Shown here piece by piece: positions 50,543 to 59,676 of a DNA stretch of 64,000 bases. Position 1 is the stretch's first letter; every line of letters starts with the position of its first letter. A model generated the notes under the pieces. The model did not search any database, had not been told where the DNA came from, and saw nothing but the letters and a program-made list of their open reading frames with translations. The translations under genes were made by a program, and so were the position numbers. Source of the DNA: a virus; the IMG/VR virus record IMGVR_UViG_3300012359_000002, positions 11,451-75,450 of that record; one strand, given 5' to 3'.

Positions 50543-52230
50543 GTGATCTTCAATGGCAATGGCAACGGGCCGAAGCGGCCCCCCAGCGCAGCAAACGTCA
50601 TCCTCAAGGCCCTCGGTGCGGCCCTCGGCGGTTCGAACCGGCCAGGAGCTGGCGGTGCGCGCCGCCCAGCCCAGACGCCCTTCCGCGGCGCGCCAGCCGC
50701 CCCTGCGCGTCGGCCCTGTAACTGCTCGGGCAAGCGCCGTGGCTAAGCCGCTCGGGCAGATCTGTCCGATTTGCCACAGCGAGCCAGCCACGGTCGAAAT
50801 GCGAATCGGGGCGGTCTACGCGAAGCTCGGCGCGCGGTGTGTCGGAAGTGGCGTGCACCTCGTGAAGGTTCTTTCGAAGCTATTTGGAGCGTAAACATGA
50901 AGTTCCAAAACTACGCGCCGCGGCGCCTTGCCAACTTCCGCGACGCCGCGCCGCCGATCTCCTGGTACTACTGGATCGTGCCGCTCCTCTTCGTCACCGA
51001 GGCGCTCGGCGTCACGCGTTTCGTGAAGGGGCGCCGATGATCGTGCGGGCAGCGCCGCGCGACACGCGCAGGTACGCCGAGCTGCCGCCCGGCGATGCGA
51101 CGCGAATCACCGGGCTGTCGATCGGCATGGTCCTCTTCATCGTCGGCGTGACCTACTTCCTGACGCACCAGAAGAAGGGGCGCTGATGCACCTCTCCGAC
51201 CCCCGCTTCCGCGGCGCGCAGCAGTTCTGCTGCCCGTGCAGCTCGCGTGCGTACGGTGACGGCTCCGAGGTCGCCGGTGGATCCTCGGCCGGCTCCGGGA
51301 CAGCGATGGCGTTCGCTCGTGGTAACTCGACCGGCAAGTCGATTCTTCTCGGCGTCATCACCGGCGTGACCGTTTGGGTCGTCACCCGCACGCTCGACGG
51401 AGCCATGCGACGGTGAGCGAGTCGCCGACGCCAGAACGCGGTAATCCGGGTGCCTTCAAGGCCGCCGTCGCGGGGGTGATGCACCGTCCGAAGCGACCAG
51501 CGGACTCGGGCCATCCGGCGTTCTGGTGGGCGCACTTCGTGAAGACGGTGGGTGTGCCGGCGGCGGCGCTCTTCTACCTGATGAGGATCCACGAAAACAA
51601 GCTGAACGACATTGTGGCCGGCATGGCAACGCAGGCTGCTGCGGTGGCGGTTCTCGTCGGGCAGCAGAAGGAGAACACCGCCGCGCTGCTCACGCAGCAC
51701 GGGGAGAAGGACAACGCGCTCGTAGGTCAAATCATGAGGTTGGTCGACGTGATCCTCGACCGCGGAAACCTGAAGATCTTGCCGGTGCGTCCGACGACCA
51801 CGACGATCTATGTGCAGCAGGCACCACCGCCGGGAACGCCGTCTGTCACCGTCGAGCCGCCACCGGTGGCCGTTCCGCCCAAACCAAAGGCGCAGCCGGA
51901 GCCGACGCGCTCCAGCAAGTGGTGAATATGTCGACGACGCAATTCATCATCTTCCTGGTCGCGATCGTTAGCATCACGATCGGTGCGGTGGAGTTTGCCA
52001 CGAGTCGGCGGTGGGGGGAGATCAAGCGGATGTTCGACCGCGCGATCACACACGGTACCTCATTCGATACGACCGTCGCCAAAATCGACACCGACAACAA
52101 GAAGCTCAACGCGCGACTCGAAACGGTCGAGAAGCAGCACAGCGAACTGCTGGCGTCGGTCAACACGCTGCATGAAGACATGAAAGTTCTAAAGGACCGT
52201 CTACCTTCGACGTGGCCGCCCCGCACGTAA
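50543..52230 (+). CDS. Run of about 7 small coupled ORFs, mostly single-TM (50543-50746, 50739-50894, 50897-51040, 51037-51186, 51186-51416, 51413-51925, 51928-52230); the last two are TM plus coiled coil (possible lysis proteins)
   Basis: Overlapping start/stop codons; hydrophobic segments followed by K/R. Confidence 0.5.
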
Positions 52231-52247
52231 CTGAAAGTGAGTTCACC

Positions 52248-52631
52248 GTGAAGCTCAGCTTCCTCGCCGATACCACCGCCACCGACGTCGCATCGATCTC
52301 CGCGAACCTCGCCACCGTCATCTCGGCAGTGACGGGTCAGCCGGTCTATCCCGGCGCCAACCCGATCAACCCGTCGTACCTGCCCGGCATGAGCTACGGC
52401 CCGCCCATCTCGCCGTTGCTCACGACGCAGACGACGTTCCCGCTCGTTCCGATGCTGCTCGGCGGCGCTGCCGGCTACGCGTGGAAGAAGAGCGCGCTCG
52501 CCGGTCTCGCCGGAGTCGTGCTCGGTTACTTCCTCGGGAACGCGTTCCAGCCGGTCACAGTTGCGGGTGCCATTCTCCCGAACTTGCCGGTGGGCTACCC
52601 GTACAACTGCCCGCCCGGCGCGGTGTGCTGA
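52248..52631 (+). CDS. Membrane protein (related to 52764-53045)
   Basis: MKLSFLAD..PINPSYLP; two TM segments. Confidence 0.55.
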   Translation: MKLSFLADTTATDVASISANLATVISAVTGQPVYPGANPINPSYLPGMSYGPPISPLLTTQTTFPLVPMLLGGAAGYAWKKSALAGLAGVVLGYFLGNAFQPVTVAGAILPNLPVGYPYNCPPGAVC

Positions 52632-52763
52632 TCTGATCTTTAGTTCGTGGGACAACAAGGGCTCACCTCCACCTCGCCACTCACGAACCGGCGCCCACCG
52701 GGTGAACCTGCGCCGGCCGCCAGAAAACGCCCGGGGGCGCCGCTTTTAAAAAGGAGAAACAAA

Positions 52764-53045
52764 ATGAAGCTCAGCCTCTTCGGTTCCTCGCTCTTCGACA
52801 CCGCCGCAAGCTACCTGCCCGACGAGGCGCAGGACGCGATCCAGGCAGGCACCAACCTGATCACACAGATCGTGAATCCGACGGCAGGTGCGGCGGTACC
52901 GTCAGGGACGGGACCGATTGCACCCGAGTACCTCCCGCCGTCGATGCTCCAGCGCCCGGCAGACGTCGGGATGTCGAGCACGACGAAGCTCGTGATCGGT
53001 GCAGCCGTTCTCGGCGTCGTCTTTTTCACCTGGAAGAAGCGCTAG
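52764..53045 (+). CDS. C-terminally anchored membrane protein
   Basis: MKLSLFGS..PIAPEYLP..TM-WKKR. Confidence 0.6.
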   Translation: MKLSLFGSSLFDTAASYLPDEAQDAIQAGTNLITQIVNPTAGAAVPSGTGPIAPEYLPPSMLQRPADVGMSSTTKLVIGAAVLGVVFFTWKKR

Positions 53046-53058
53046 GACCAGAAGCGCG

Positions 53059-53739
53059 ATGGCGATCGACAAGAAGACGTTGGTCGTAGTCGGTGCCAGT
53101 GGTGCGGCGCTGCTCCTCTTCCTCTTTCGCAAGCAGGTGGCCCAGGTGGGAACGATCGTGATCGACGACGCGAAGAAGGCGATCTTCAACGCGGTGATCT
53201 CCGACGCGGCGGAGATCTACTCCGACGTCATCCTGCAGGTGGCTGCCGAGCAGTCGGTGGATCCCTTCGTGATCGTTGCCCTCGGCGAGCAGGAGACGCG
53301 CTGGGGCACCGGTCCAGGCTACACGCCGCGCGGCTCGCCGACCGGTACTGGCGACGGCGGACACGGGCGCGGGCTCATGCAGATTGACGATCGCACCTGG
53401 AGTGAGTGGCTCGCCACGCACGACTGGGGCGATCCATACACCAACATCACGAAGGGTGTGGAGATCCTAAAGGGCGACCTCGCCTATTTCGCCGGCAAGG
53501 GCCTCGTCGGCGGTGACCAGCTCATGGCGGCACTCGCGGCGTACAACCACGGGCCGGGCAAGGTCTGGTCGAACATCGAGCAGAATCTGCCGCTCGATGC
53601 CGGTACCACCAACCCGACCTATTCGACGGACGTCGCCGCGATCCTGGCGCGGCTCAACGCCGACTTCATGTCGGCGGTCGACGCGTCGTCTGCAGCGCTC
53701 GGGCGCCTCATGCCCGACAACGTCGGGAGGGTCTCGTGA
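53059..53739 (+). CDS. Membrane-anchored lytic transglycosylase (SLT/goose-lysozyme fold)
   Basis: N-terminal TM; catalytic QET, GLMQID, AAYNHG. Confidence 0.85.
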   Translation: MAIDKKTLVVVGASGAALLLFLFRKQVAQVGTIVIDDAKKAIFNAVISDAAEIYSDVILQVAAEQSVDPFVIVALGEQETRWGTGPGYTPRGSPTGTGDGGHGRGLMQIDDRTWSEWLATHDWGDPYTNITKGVEILKGDLAYFAGKGLVGGDQLMAALAAYNHGPGKVWSNIEQNLPLDAGTTNPTYSTDVAAILARLNADFMSAVDASSAALGRLMPDNVGRVS

Positions 53740-55358
53740 GCTTTGCCGCCTATCCGGCGGTGGGCGGAGAGCCTTATGGTCCCGGCGACAGCCGGTACCC
53801 GATCGTGCAGTGGATCGAGGGGCTCTATGCGGGTGCGGGTGCAGGCACAATCAGTGTCGATGCGCCCCCCTACAACGCGAAGGGCGATGGAATCACCGAT
53901 GACACAGCGGCGATCCAGGCGGCCATCCGTGACGCCGGATTGTCATTCTCGACGTTCGACTGGTTCAGCGCGTCCAACCCGGTCAACGCCAAGTCGGTCG
54001 TTGTGGTATTCAACGGTTCGAAAACGTATTTTGTGCCCGGCAAGCTGTTGGTACCACAGGGTGTGATCCTCAACTTCAACAACGCAACGATCAAAGGAAC
54101 GGGACACACCGTCGCCGACAACACACTCTTCGAGACTGGTTACTTCAACAACGGTGTTTTGGTTACGAACGTCGGAACGGCAAATGAATCACACCGCGTC
54201 ATCGCCGCGCGCTTTTGGAACGGAAGATTCGTGGAGTGCAAGATCGCACTCAACCTCTTCAACTTCAACGAAGCGTCGGCTGTCGAGCATTGCACGTTCT
54301 ACAACTGTGTTCAGTCCTGGTCTGCGTCGCGCGCCTTCTATTCGCGTTTTCATGATAACTTCACGCGATGGCCTGTTGCGAGCGGTGCAAACACACTGCC
54401 AGCCTACCTTTTTACGAACAACGGTACGGCCGACAGTGCTGTGAACGTGATCGAAGTGTCGAGCGTCTTTTGTGATGGTGGCGGGCGCACACTCTGCTAT
54501 CAGTTTGATGGCGGCGAGGATGGTTTCTTGCTCACGAACGTCTCGGGCGAGAACGCCGTTGGCGGTATGAAGTTTCTCGGCGAGGTCGTTTCGGTTTCAA
54601 TGTGGGGAGGGTACTTCGAGAACCTCACCGGGACGGCGATCGACATGACGGCCCCCGCTAGCCATCGCGGTGTCACGATCGACGGGACCCGCTTCTTCCA
54701 GGTCGCTGTCGGATTCGATGGTGTGCAGATGGCCTCCGGTCGTCTGGGCTCTGGCCTCGTCTTTCGCACCGAGGGCACCGGGGTCCCGGTCAAGATCAGG
54801 ATCAACGACGACATTTCTTCCTTCATCACCGTCGAGATTCCACCCACAGGGATCAACACCAATGGACTGCCGGCGATTCCGAGTGGTTACACTCTTGGAA
54901 AGGGTGTGAAGGTTCAATATCCAGCATACTTGTTCGATGGTGGATCAGGTGTAATCACAGCGCGACAGAACTATACAGGTGGCGGTGGCAACGTCGTTGA
55001 GCTTCCTTACTCAGGAAAAGGGGGAACGATCACCGCTGGCATCCCCTTCACGTCGGTTGTAATAAACGGCGGTGGGGGAACTGTCACCGTTACAACAGCA
55101 TTAGACTTCGACCCCAACACGGTTGGCCTTTTGTCTGTTTGGTTTTCCGACAACGTAGCTGATTACGTCTTCAACGGACGATTCTTCGGTCGTGGTGGTG
55201 GGGTTTCACCCTTTTTGAGTCCCGTTGTCTTTTTGGATGGGGTAACACACGGGGCAAAGACTGTTACGGTCGCGAACGTCGGTGGGTTTTTCGTTTTCAC
55301 CTTCGCGGGTTTCACAGCTCCGATCGTTTTGAATCAGGGCGTCATCCGCATGAATTGA
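53736..55358 (+). CDS. Right-handed beta-helix (pectate_lyase_3-like) spike / receptor-binding protein
   Basis: YNAKGDGITDDTAAIQAAI, Asn/Gly/Phe-rich repeats; lower GC. Confidence 0.8.
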   Translation: MSFAAYPAVGGEPYGPGDSRYPIVQWIEGLYAGAGAGTISVDAPPYNAKGDGITDDTAAIQAAIRDAGLSFSTFDWFSASNPVNAKSVVVVFNGSKTYFVPGKLLVPQGVILNFNNATIKGTGHTVADNTLFETGYFNNGVLVTNVGTANESHRVIAARFWNGRFVECKIALNLFNFNEASAVEHCTFYNCVQSWSASRAFYSRFHDNFTRWPVASGANTLPAYLFTNNGTADSAVNVIEVSSVFCDGGGRTLCYQFDGGEDGFLLTNVSGENAVGGMKFLGEVVSVSMWGGYFENLTGTAIDMTAPASHRGVTIDGTRFFQVAVGFDGVQMASGRLGSGLVFRTEGTGVPVKIRINDDISSFITVEIPPTGINTNGLPAIPSGYTLGKGVKVQYPAYLFDGGSGVITARQNYTGGGGNVVELPYSGKGGTITAGIPFTSVVINGGGGTVTVTTALDFDPNTVGLLSVWFSDNVADYVFNGRFFGRGGGVSPFLSPVVFLDGVTHGAKTVTVANVGGFFVFTFAGFTAPIVLNQGVIRMN

Positions 55359-55368
55359 GGAGGGTCTC

Positions 55369-56214
55369 GTGAAGACCGAGGACTACGCAGTGCTCGCGGG
55401 CGGCGCCGCTCTCGTCTACTTCCTCTGGCCGAAGTCGAAGGGTGCTGCACCGCCGTCGATCGTCGCCGCGCCCGGCTCGTCAGCGTTGCAGTACGGCCCG
55501 CCGCAGCCCACCGCTGCCGCGGTGGCACCGCGCAGCGTCGTCGAGACGGCGCTCGACTACGCGACGCGCCTCAACCAAGCGCGAGCTGGCATGACGCCCA
55601 ACGAGCTGATGCAGTCGATCCTGACGGACGGTACGCCATCGGCGTCAGACGACTCGCCCGCGCCCGCGGAGACGTCGGCGCCCGAGGTGCAGGAGTTCCT
55701 GCAGGGCTTCGGCGACTTTGGCTATCAGTGTGGTACCTCGATCCTGAACGCGTGCCTCCCCTCGGACATGCGAGCCGCCGGCCTCGACCTCGACCAGCAG
55801 ATCCGATCGGTCTCGACGGACGTGGACGCGAACCGCGACAAGATCCCCGACGGCGTCGCCTCAAACTGGGACGCGTTCGTCGCCGAGTGGAACCGCTTCT
55901 CCCAACAGGATCAGGGCGAAGGCAACGGTTGGCTCTACGACGACTCCGGCACGATCTTCAACTCCGCGTGGTGGGCTGCCTCGGCGATCTCCATGAGCGC
56001 GCTCAACAGCCGGTTACAGTCGGTGATCGACTGGCGTGCTCGAATTCGCCCCTACGTCGGGCAACTCTCCTCGCCCGACCCGACGCCACCCCCGCCGTCG
56101 AGCGATCCATTCGCCGCACTACTCAAGGCGCTTCCGTGGATCGCGGGTGGACTCGCAGCGATCGTGGTCCTACCGCCGATGCTCCGTCTTCTCCCTGCCG
56201 GCAAGGGGAAGTGA
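55369..56214 (+). CDS. Virion membrane protein with TM segments at both ends
   Basis: Terminal hydrophobic helices; central LQGFGDFGY. Confidence 0.6.
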   Translation: MKTEDYAVLAGGAALVYFLWPKSKGAAPPSIVAAPGSSALQYGPPQPTAAAVAPRSVVETALDYATRLNQARAGMTPNELMQSILTDGTPSASDDSPAPAETSAPEVQEFLQGFGDFGYQCGTSILNACLPSDMRAAGLDLDQQIRSVSTDVDANRDKIPDGVASNWDAFVAEWNRFSQQDQGEGNGWLYDDSGTIFNSAWWAASAISMSALNSRLQSVIDWRARIRPYVGQLSSPDPTPPPPSSDPFAALLKALPWIAGGLAAIVVLPPMLRLLPAGKGK

Positions 56215-56417
56215 TTCACGGATCAGGCTCCGGCCCGCCGCCGACTACGCAGTGACGGAATGGAACGTCACCAACCACGTGGCGGCCAACTTCCGCCCGC
56301 TGCACAGCGAGGGCGCTGGGGCGGCGGAGTGGTTTTGACGTGGCGTGAAGATGGACTTCACAACGTTGTAGAATTAAGATCGTCGGAGAACGCGGTACCC
56401 AACAGGGAGAACGAGCC

Positions 56418-57573
56418 ATGGCGAAGCACCGGAAGAAGCACAGCGGCGGTGGATCCTGCACGGTGAAGCTGATCCGCTTCAAGACGAAGCGCGGCAAGGT
56501 CGTCGAGTTTCGCGGGCGGCCCGGCGGGATGACGACGGCCGGCGGCGTCTGCGCGCCGAAGCACCGCTCGACCGCGCACCTGCGGACCTTCAAGTCCGCC
56601 TTCAAGAGCGCCGTCCGCGCGTGCGCGCACTCCTCGCACAAGCGCCACGGGAAGCACGGCAAGTCGCCGTTCAACGTCTGCGTCGGGAAGCACCTCTAGG
56701 CGCCGCCATGGCCCTGAACGCATACAGGCATCGATCGGCGTCGGTGAAGAAGGCGCGATACCGTGCGCGCGACTTCGAGGTGCGCGTTCGCGTTCTTCGC
56801 GAGCCGGTCTACGCCGGTCAGGGGATCTACGGCCGGAAGATGAAGGCGGAGAAGGCCGGCGCGTACGTCGCCACCGCCTGCATCGGCGGCGGTCGGTCGC
56901 TCGGCAAGACATGCGCTTCCGCACGCGGTCGCGGCCCGACCGCTGCGGCGCGGAAGGCTGTCCGCGCGCTCACAGCGAAGTGGAGGTGACCGCATGGCCC
57001 GCTACGGTGAGGTGAGGCACAGCTCGAAGCGCGTTGCGCGTGCAGCTCTGCGCTCGGCGCACAAGGGCTGGCAGGGCAACCACCAGAAGGTCCCGGTGAC
57101 CGTCCATATCTCGCGCAGCGTGTCGGCAACGCGCGGGAAGGGTGTCTTCGAAGCGCGGGCCTGCATCAACACCCGCGCGACGAAGCAGTGGGTCGGGAAG
57201 CGCGGCATGTCGCAGCAGCGCTGCGGCGGTCTCGGCACCGGTTCGACGCCGACGAAGGCCCTGAACGCGGCGCTGCGCAAGCTCGCGGTGAGGTGACGTC
57301 ATGGCGAAGCGCCGCAAGGGGTACGGATCGATCTCGATCAAGACGTGCCCGCGCGAAGGAATGCGTGTCGTCGTGAATGCGAACTCGACCTCGCGCCGGC
57401 TCTACTCCGGCGGCATCCCGCCGAACGGCACCGTCGGCACGGTCCAGAAGATGAACCTCGGCAGCAGGCGCTCGACGTGCCTGCGCGGGCCCGGCGGTGG
57501 GCTCGTCTACGTGAAGTTCGCCAGCGGGCTCTTCACCGGAATCTCGTCGATCGATCTCGACAAGGCAAGGTGA
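56418..57573 (+). CDS. Four small highly basic Cys-containing proteins (56418-56699, 56708-56989, 56994-57296, 57301-57573)
   Basis: K/R-rich, SD sites present; 56708 and 56994 are paralogous (A.ACI..C...G..PT.A...A.R.L). Confidence 0.6.
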
Positions 57574-57956
57574 GCGTCATGACGATGGGTGACTTCCAGC
57601 GTGGCTCGACCGGGCAGGGCGTCAGGGACCTCCAGAACGGGCTCCTGGCGCTCGGCTACAGCACCGGGTCCGGTGGCGCCGACGGGAACTTCGGTCCCGA
57701 CACCGAGGCCGCCGTGCGGGCCTTCCAGAGCGCAGCCGGCGTGCGAGTCGACGGGATCGCCGGCTACGAGACGCTCACCGCGCTGGGCGCAGCCCTGGCG
57801 GGTGATGGTGCCGGCGATGCGACGGGCGGCAACGCACCCGGTAACGCCTCGCCGGTCTCCGCGACGCAAGCCTCGATCGCGTCGCCGCGGTGGCTCTGGT
57901 ACGCTGCGGGAGCAGCAGCGGTGTACTTCCTCTTCATCCATAAGGGGAAGGCGTAG
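57570..57956 (+). CDS. Peptidoglycan-binding (PG_binding_1) protein with C-terminal TM
   Basis: RGSTGQGVRDLQ..L..LGY..ADGNFGPDTEAAVRAFQ..VDGIAG.ET. Confidence 0.85.
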   Translation: MSVMTMGDFQRGSTGQGVRDLQNGLLALGYSTGSGGADGNFGPDTEAAVRAFQSAAGVRVDGIAGYETLTALGAALAGDGAGDATGGNAPGNASPVSATQASIASPRWLWYAAGAAAVYFLFIHKGKA

Positions 57957-58035
57957 CGCCCGCCGGCCGGCGGTTTCCGGTCTCACGCTGAAAGGCTCAG
58001 TCGTTAGCCCACCCAGCAAGCAAGGAGCAGCGATC

Positions 58036-58302
58036 ATGATCGGCTTCCCGGAGAACGCCATCGAGCGCAAGGGCAAGATCAAGGGCCGCGCCGGCAAGAC
58101 CTGCAAGCACGGGTTCCGCAAGGGCTCGTCGAAGTGCCGGAAGCACCCGAAGAAGCGGTAGCTAAGCGCAGAGCCCAAACCCCCAACCGCGAAGGAGAGG
58201 ACGATGGCGAAGCACAAGAGGAAGTGCCGCTACGGCGTGGCGAAGTCTGGGCGCCGGAAGGGCCAGTGCCTGAAGAACAAGCGCCCGAAGAAGCACCGGT
58301 AG
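58036..58302 (+). CDS. Two tiny protamine-like peptides (58036-58161 and 58204-58302)
   Basis: AAGGAG SDs; KTCKHGFRKGSSKCRKHPKKR and MAKHKRKCRYGVAKSGRRKGQCLKNKRPKKHR. Confidence 0.6.
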
Positions 58303-58331
58303 ACGACGTCGTCGGTGCTGTAATCACCACG

Positions 58332-58371
58332 GGCGCGCCCGGCTCCAGAAGCTAGGGCGCGCCTTCTTTTT
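58332..58371 (+). terminator. Intrinsic terminator
   Basis: GGCGCGCCC..GGGCGCGCC followed by TTCTTTTT. Confidence 0.6.
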
Positions 58372-58388
58372 GAGCGGGAGCACACACC

Positions 58389-59666
58389 ATGAGTGACGGC
58401 GCGTTTCGAGCTGGGGAGTCGCCGCAGGGCCAACTGATCGACGCCGAGCTGATCGCGCGCGGTGGCGCTGCGCTCTTGCAGCTTCGTCTACAGGCGATGC
58501 TTGGCTCGCCTTCCGCCGGTGCGAGCATCCTCTCTGCCTTCGGCGCGCTCCTCGCAAACCCCGAGACGCCGCTCGTCTTCCTCTCCTTCCCGTATAACAT
58601 CAACACCGCCTACGCAACTGCGACGGTCGCGAATGGTGGCACGGTTGCGCAGGCGAACAGCCAGGCCGTTCTGCAGACGAGTGCGAACGCTGCCGGCTCC
58701 GCGAAGCTCGAATCGAACTCGGCCGCGCGCTACACGCCCGGTCAGGGACAGACGTGGCGCGGCACCGCCGCGTTCACTGCCGGCGTCGCAGCGTCGCAGC
58801 AAGAAATCGGGATCGGTGACGCCGCCGACGGCTTCTTTTTCGGCTTCGTCGGCGCCGCGTTCGGGATCATCCGCCGGCAGAACTCGGTGGACACGTTCAC
58901 TGCCCAGACGGCGTGGAACGGCGACAAGTTCGACGGGACGGGCGGGTCCGGTGTCACGCTCAACCCGACGCTCGGCAACGTCTACCAGATCCGCTACCAG
59001 TGGCTCGGCTACGGCGCGATCAAGTTCTACATTCTCGCACCCGCAACTGGCATTCCCGTTCTGGTGCACACGATCGCGTATTCCAATACGGTGATCGTGC
59101 CATCGATCTTCAACCCGTCGCTTCCACTGCACGCGCGCGTCTTCAACACCGGCAACGCGACGAACCTGACGATGGTCTCCGCGTCGATGGGTGTGTACTG
59201 CGAGGGTCCATTCGACTCGGACGGCGCGCGCTTCGGGGTGAACAACCAGAAGGCCGCGATCACCGGCGAGACGAATGTCCTCTCTCTCCAGAACAAGGCC
59301 ACCTTCCAGGGCAAGACGAATCGCGCGCGAATCCACCTCGACCTGATCGGGCAGCAGATGCTCGCTGTCGCTGCCACGACTTCGAAGCTCCGCCTCGTCC
59401 TGAACACCGCGTTGGGCGGCGTGCCCGTCTTCAACGATGTGGACACGAACACGTCGATTGCCGCCTTCGACGTCGCCGGTACGACCGTGACCGGCGGACG
59501 CGAGATCATGACCTTTCCCAGCTCGGGCACGGGATCCTCCGGCCAGGCCCAGGATATCTCGGCGCTTGGCATCCGCTTGAACCCGGGCGATGTGCTCACG
59601 TTCGCCGCCTCCGCCGCTGCGGCGGTGACGGCTACGGTCGCGCCGTCCTGGAACGAAGAATTGTAA
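58389..59666 (+). CDS. Beta-sandwich (lectin-like) structural or spike protein
   Basis: RYTPGQG, DGFFFG, YQIRYQWLGYG; T/A/G/N-rich. Confidence 0.6.
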   Translation: MSDGAFRAGESPQGQLIDAELIARGGAALLQLRLQAMLGSPSAGASILSAFGALLANPETPLVFLSFPYNINTAYATATVANGGTVAQANSQAVLQTSANAAGSAKLESNSAARYTPGQGQTWRGTAAFTAGVAASQQEIGIGDAADGFFFGFVGAAFGIIRRQNSVDTFTAQTAWNGDKFDGTGGSGVTLNPTLGNVYQIRYQWLGYGAIKFYILAPATGIPVLVHTIAYSNTVIVPSIFNPSLPLHARVFNTGNATNLTMVSASMGVYCEGPFDSDGARFGVNNQKAAITGETNVLSLQNKATFQGKTNRARIHLDLIGQQMLAVAATTSKLRLVLNTALGGVPVFNDVDTNTSIAAFDVAGTTVTGGREIMTFPSSGTGSSGQAQDISALGIRLNPGDVLTFAASAAAAVTATVAPSWNEEL

Positions 59667-59676
59667 GGAGGCTCGC

